A stretch of DNA of 63,719 nt, filler included, from Octopus bimaculoides (taxonomy: Eukaryota): assembly GCF_001194135.2 (NCBI RefSeq). It is 8 parts of 6 records of this genome, joined end to end, with 100 filler letters (N's around TTAATTAATTAA, not from the genome) between each part and the next. Parts side by side here need not be neighbours in the genome. Positions count along the whole stretch, not along the records: positions 62,320 to 63,719 come from NC_068986.1; 7 more parts are not named here. One strand, 5' to 3'. The position numbers and the translations under genes were made by a program. The notes below the pieces were generated by a model. It was given only the letters and a program-made list of their open reading frames with translations, did not search any database and was not told the origin of the DNA. This document shows, piece by piece, positions 62,576 to 63,719 of this stretch. The stretch's first letter is position 1, and each line of letters opens with the position of its first letter.

Positions 62576-63719
62576 TATCATTATTATTTCTCAGTATCAT
62601 GTTTGTGCATATAAATGGGTAATAACAGAGATTACAAAGTCCCTTATGTAAAGCTTTAGACACCTGGCTTTATGAGTGATTAACTCATCAATGGGTAGAA
62701 AATCTGTAAACCCAGTCAATACATTTGTAATCTTAGTGTATACACACACACACTGTCAACATCCTGTTTGGCACTTTAGGACAAATATATCCAGTCAAAT
62801 TGGTGTGTTCCAAATACTTTATTTATTTATTTTATAAGTCAATCATAATAGCTTTAGAGCCTCAAAAATGAAGCATTGAATCACTGACGACAAAGCTTCT
62901 AGTTTGACTATCTACAAAGCAATTTCCTCAAAACAACTATTATGAGATACAGCATGGAATTATTATTATTATTTACATAAAAATGATATACAAATCTATT
63001 TTAAGAAACTCAGAAATTTCCCCATTCATAACTTTTCCTATGACATAAGTAATATATATATCACTGAAGTGGCTCTCAGCAGAGAATCAAAACTATGTCA
63101 TTGAGACAGTTCCTAGAATTATCGGCTCACAGCTTTAAGTGAACAAAATATGGATTTTTCAACCAGATGTTTAAGCTAGTTGTTCTTTTACTATGCAAAA
63201 ATCTTTACCAGAATGTTCTACAAATCTGTAGCTAGGAATATCACCAAATGTGTCCTACAGAGCTAAGGGTGGTGTGTAAGTGCTGTATTGTTGAAGTGAA
63301 TATTCAAATATAATGGTAACTCTATTGCTGACTGTGAAGACTACAGCAGAATGTACATAAAATTAATAATCGAAATAAATGATCATAGATGCCACTTTTC
63401 TTTTAATAGACACACATTCTATTTCAGTGTGTTTGTAAGTGTACAATAATGCATATGTATGCATATGTGTATGTATATATGTACTCTGGTTATTATTATT
63501 TTCTTGTCTACGTTTTGTTTGCAATGTCCTGTACCCAGATATGCTCCTATATATACAGGTAGACGTAGGTATGCACATACCTGTACATATATATGCATAT
63601 ATATGTGATAGTGAATTTTCATCGATGAGTTCTTGAAAATTGGTTATTTTCCCTAAAACTATATATTTTATATATACTTTATCTATAAGGCTCAATTTAA
63701 TTTTAATTTTTTATAAATT

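Overview
AT-rich, microsatellite- and SINE-dense eukaryotic scaffold with many N gaps. The repeat families, the IL-17-like gene and the composition point to an octopus (coleoid cephalopod) genome; this is inference, no database search was run. Two host protein-coding loci are supported: an IL-17-like cytokine (main exon 7364/7370-7897, with a probable hidden 5-codon first exon at 6319-6333 behind a TATA box) and the large last coding exon (19141-20213) of a gene I do not recognise. The rest is transposon-derived: RTE-clade LINEs, the 5' end of an L1/Tx1-like LINE, R4/Dong-like fragments sitting in (TAA)n tracts, Tc1 remnants, Helitron-like pieces and at least three tRNA-headed SINE families. 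The most notable signal is five minimal type I hammerhead ribozyme motifs (301-343, 833-877, 21662-21705, 45132-45191, 46480-46522). Two of them lie in a ~342-355 bp repeat arranged as a fold-back (76-908). One copy of that repeat starts at the predicted cleavage site and runs one full monomer to the next, as expected for a retrozyme-like, circular-RNA-derived element. All alignments, pairings and coordinates were done by eye; repeat boundaries are approximate.
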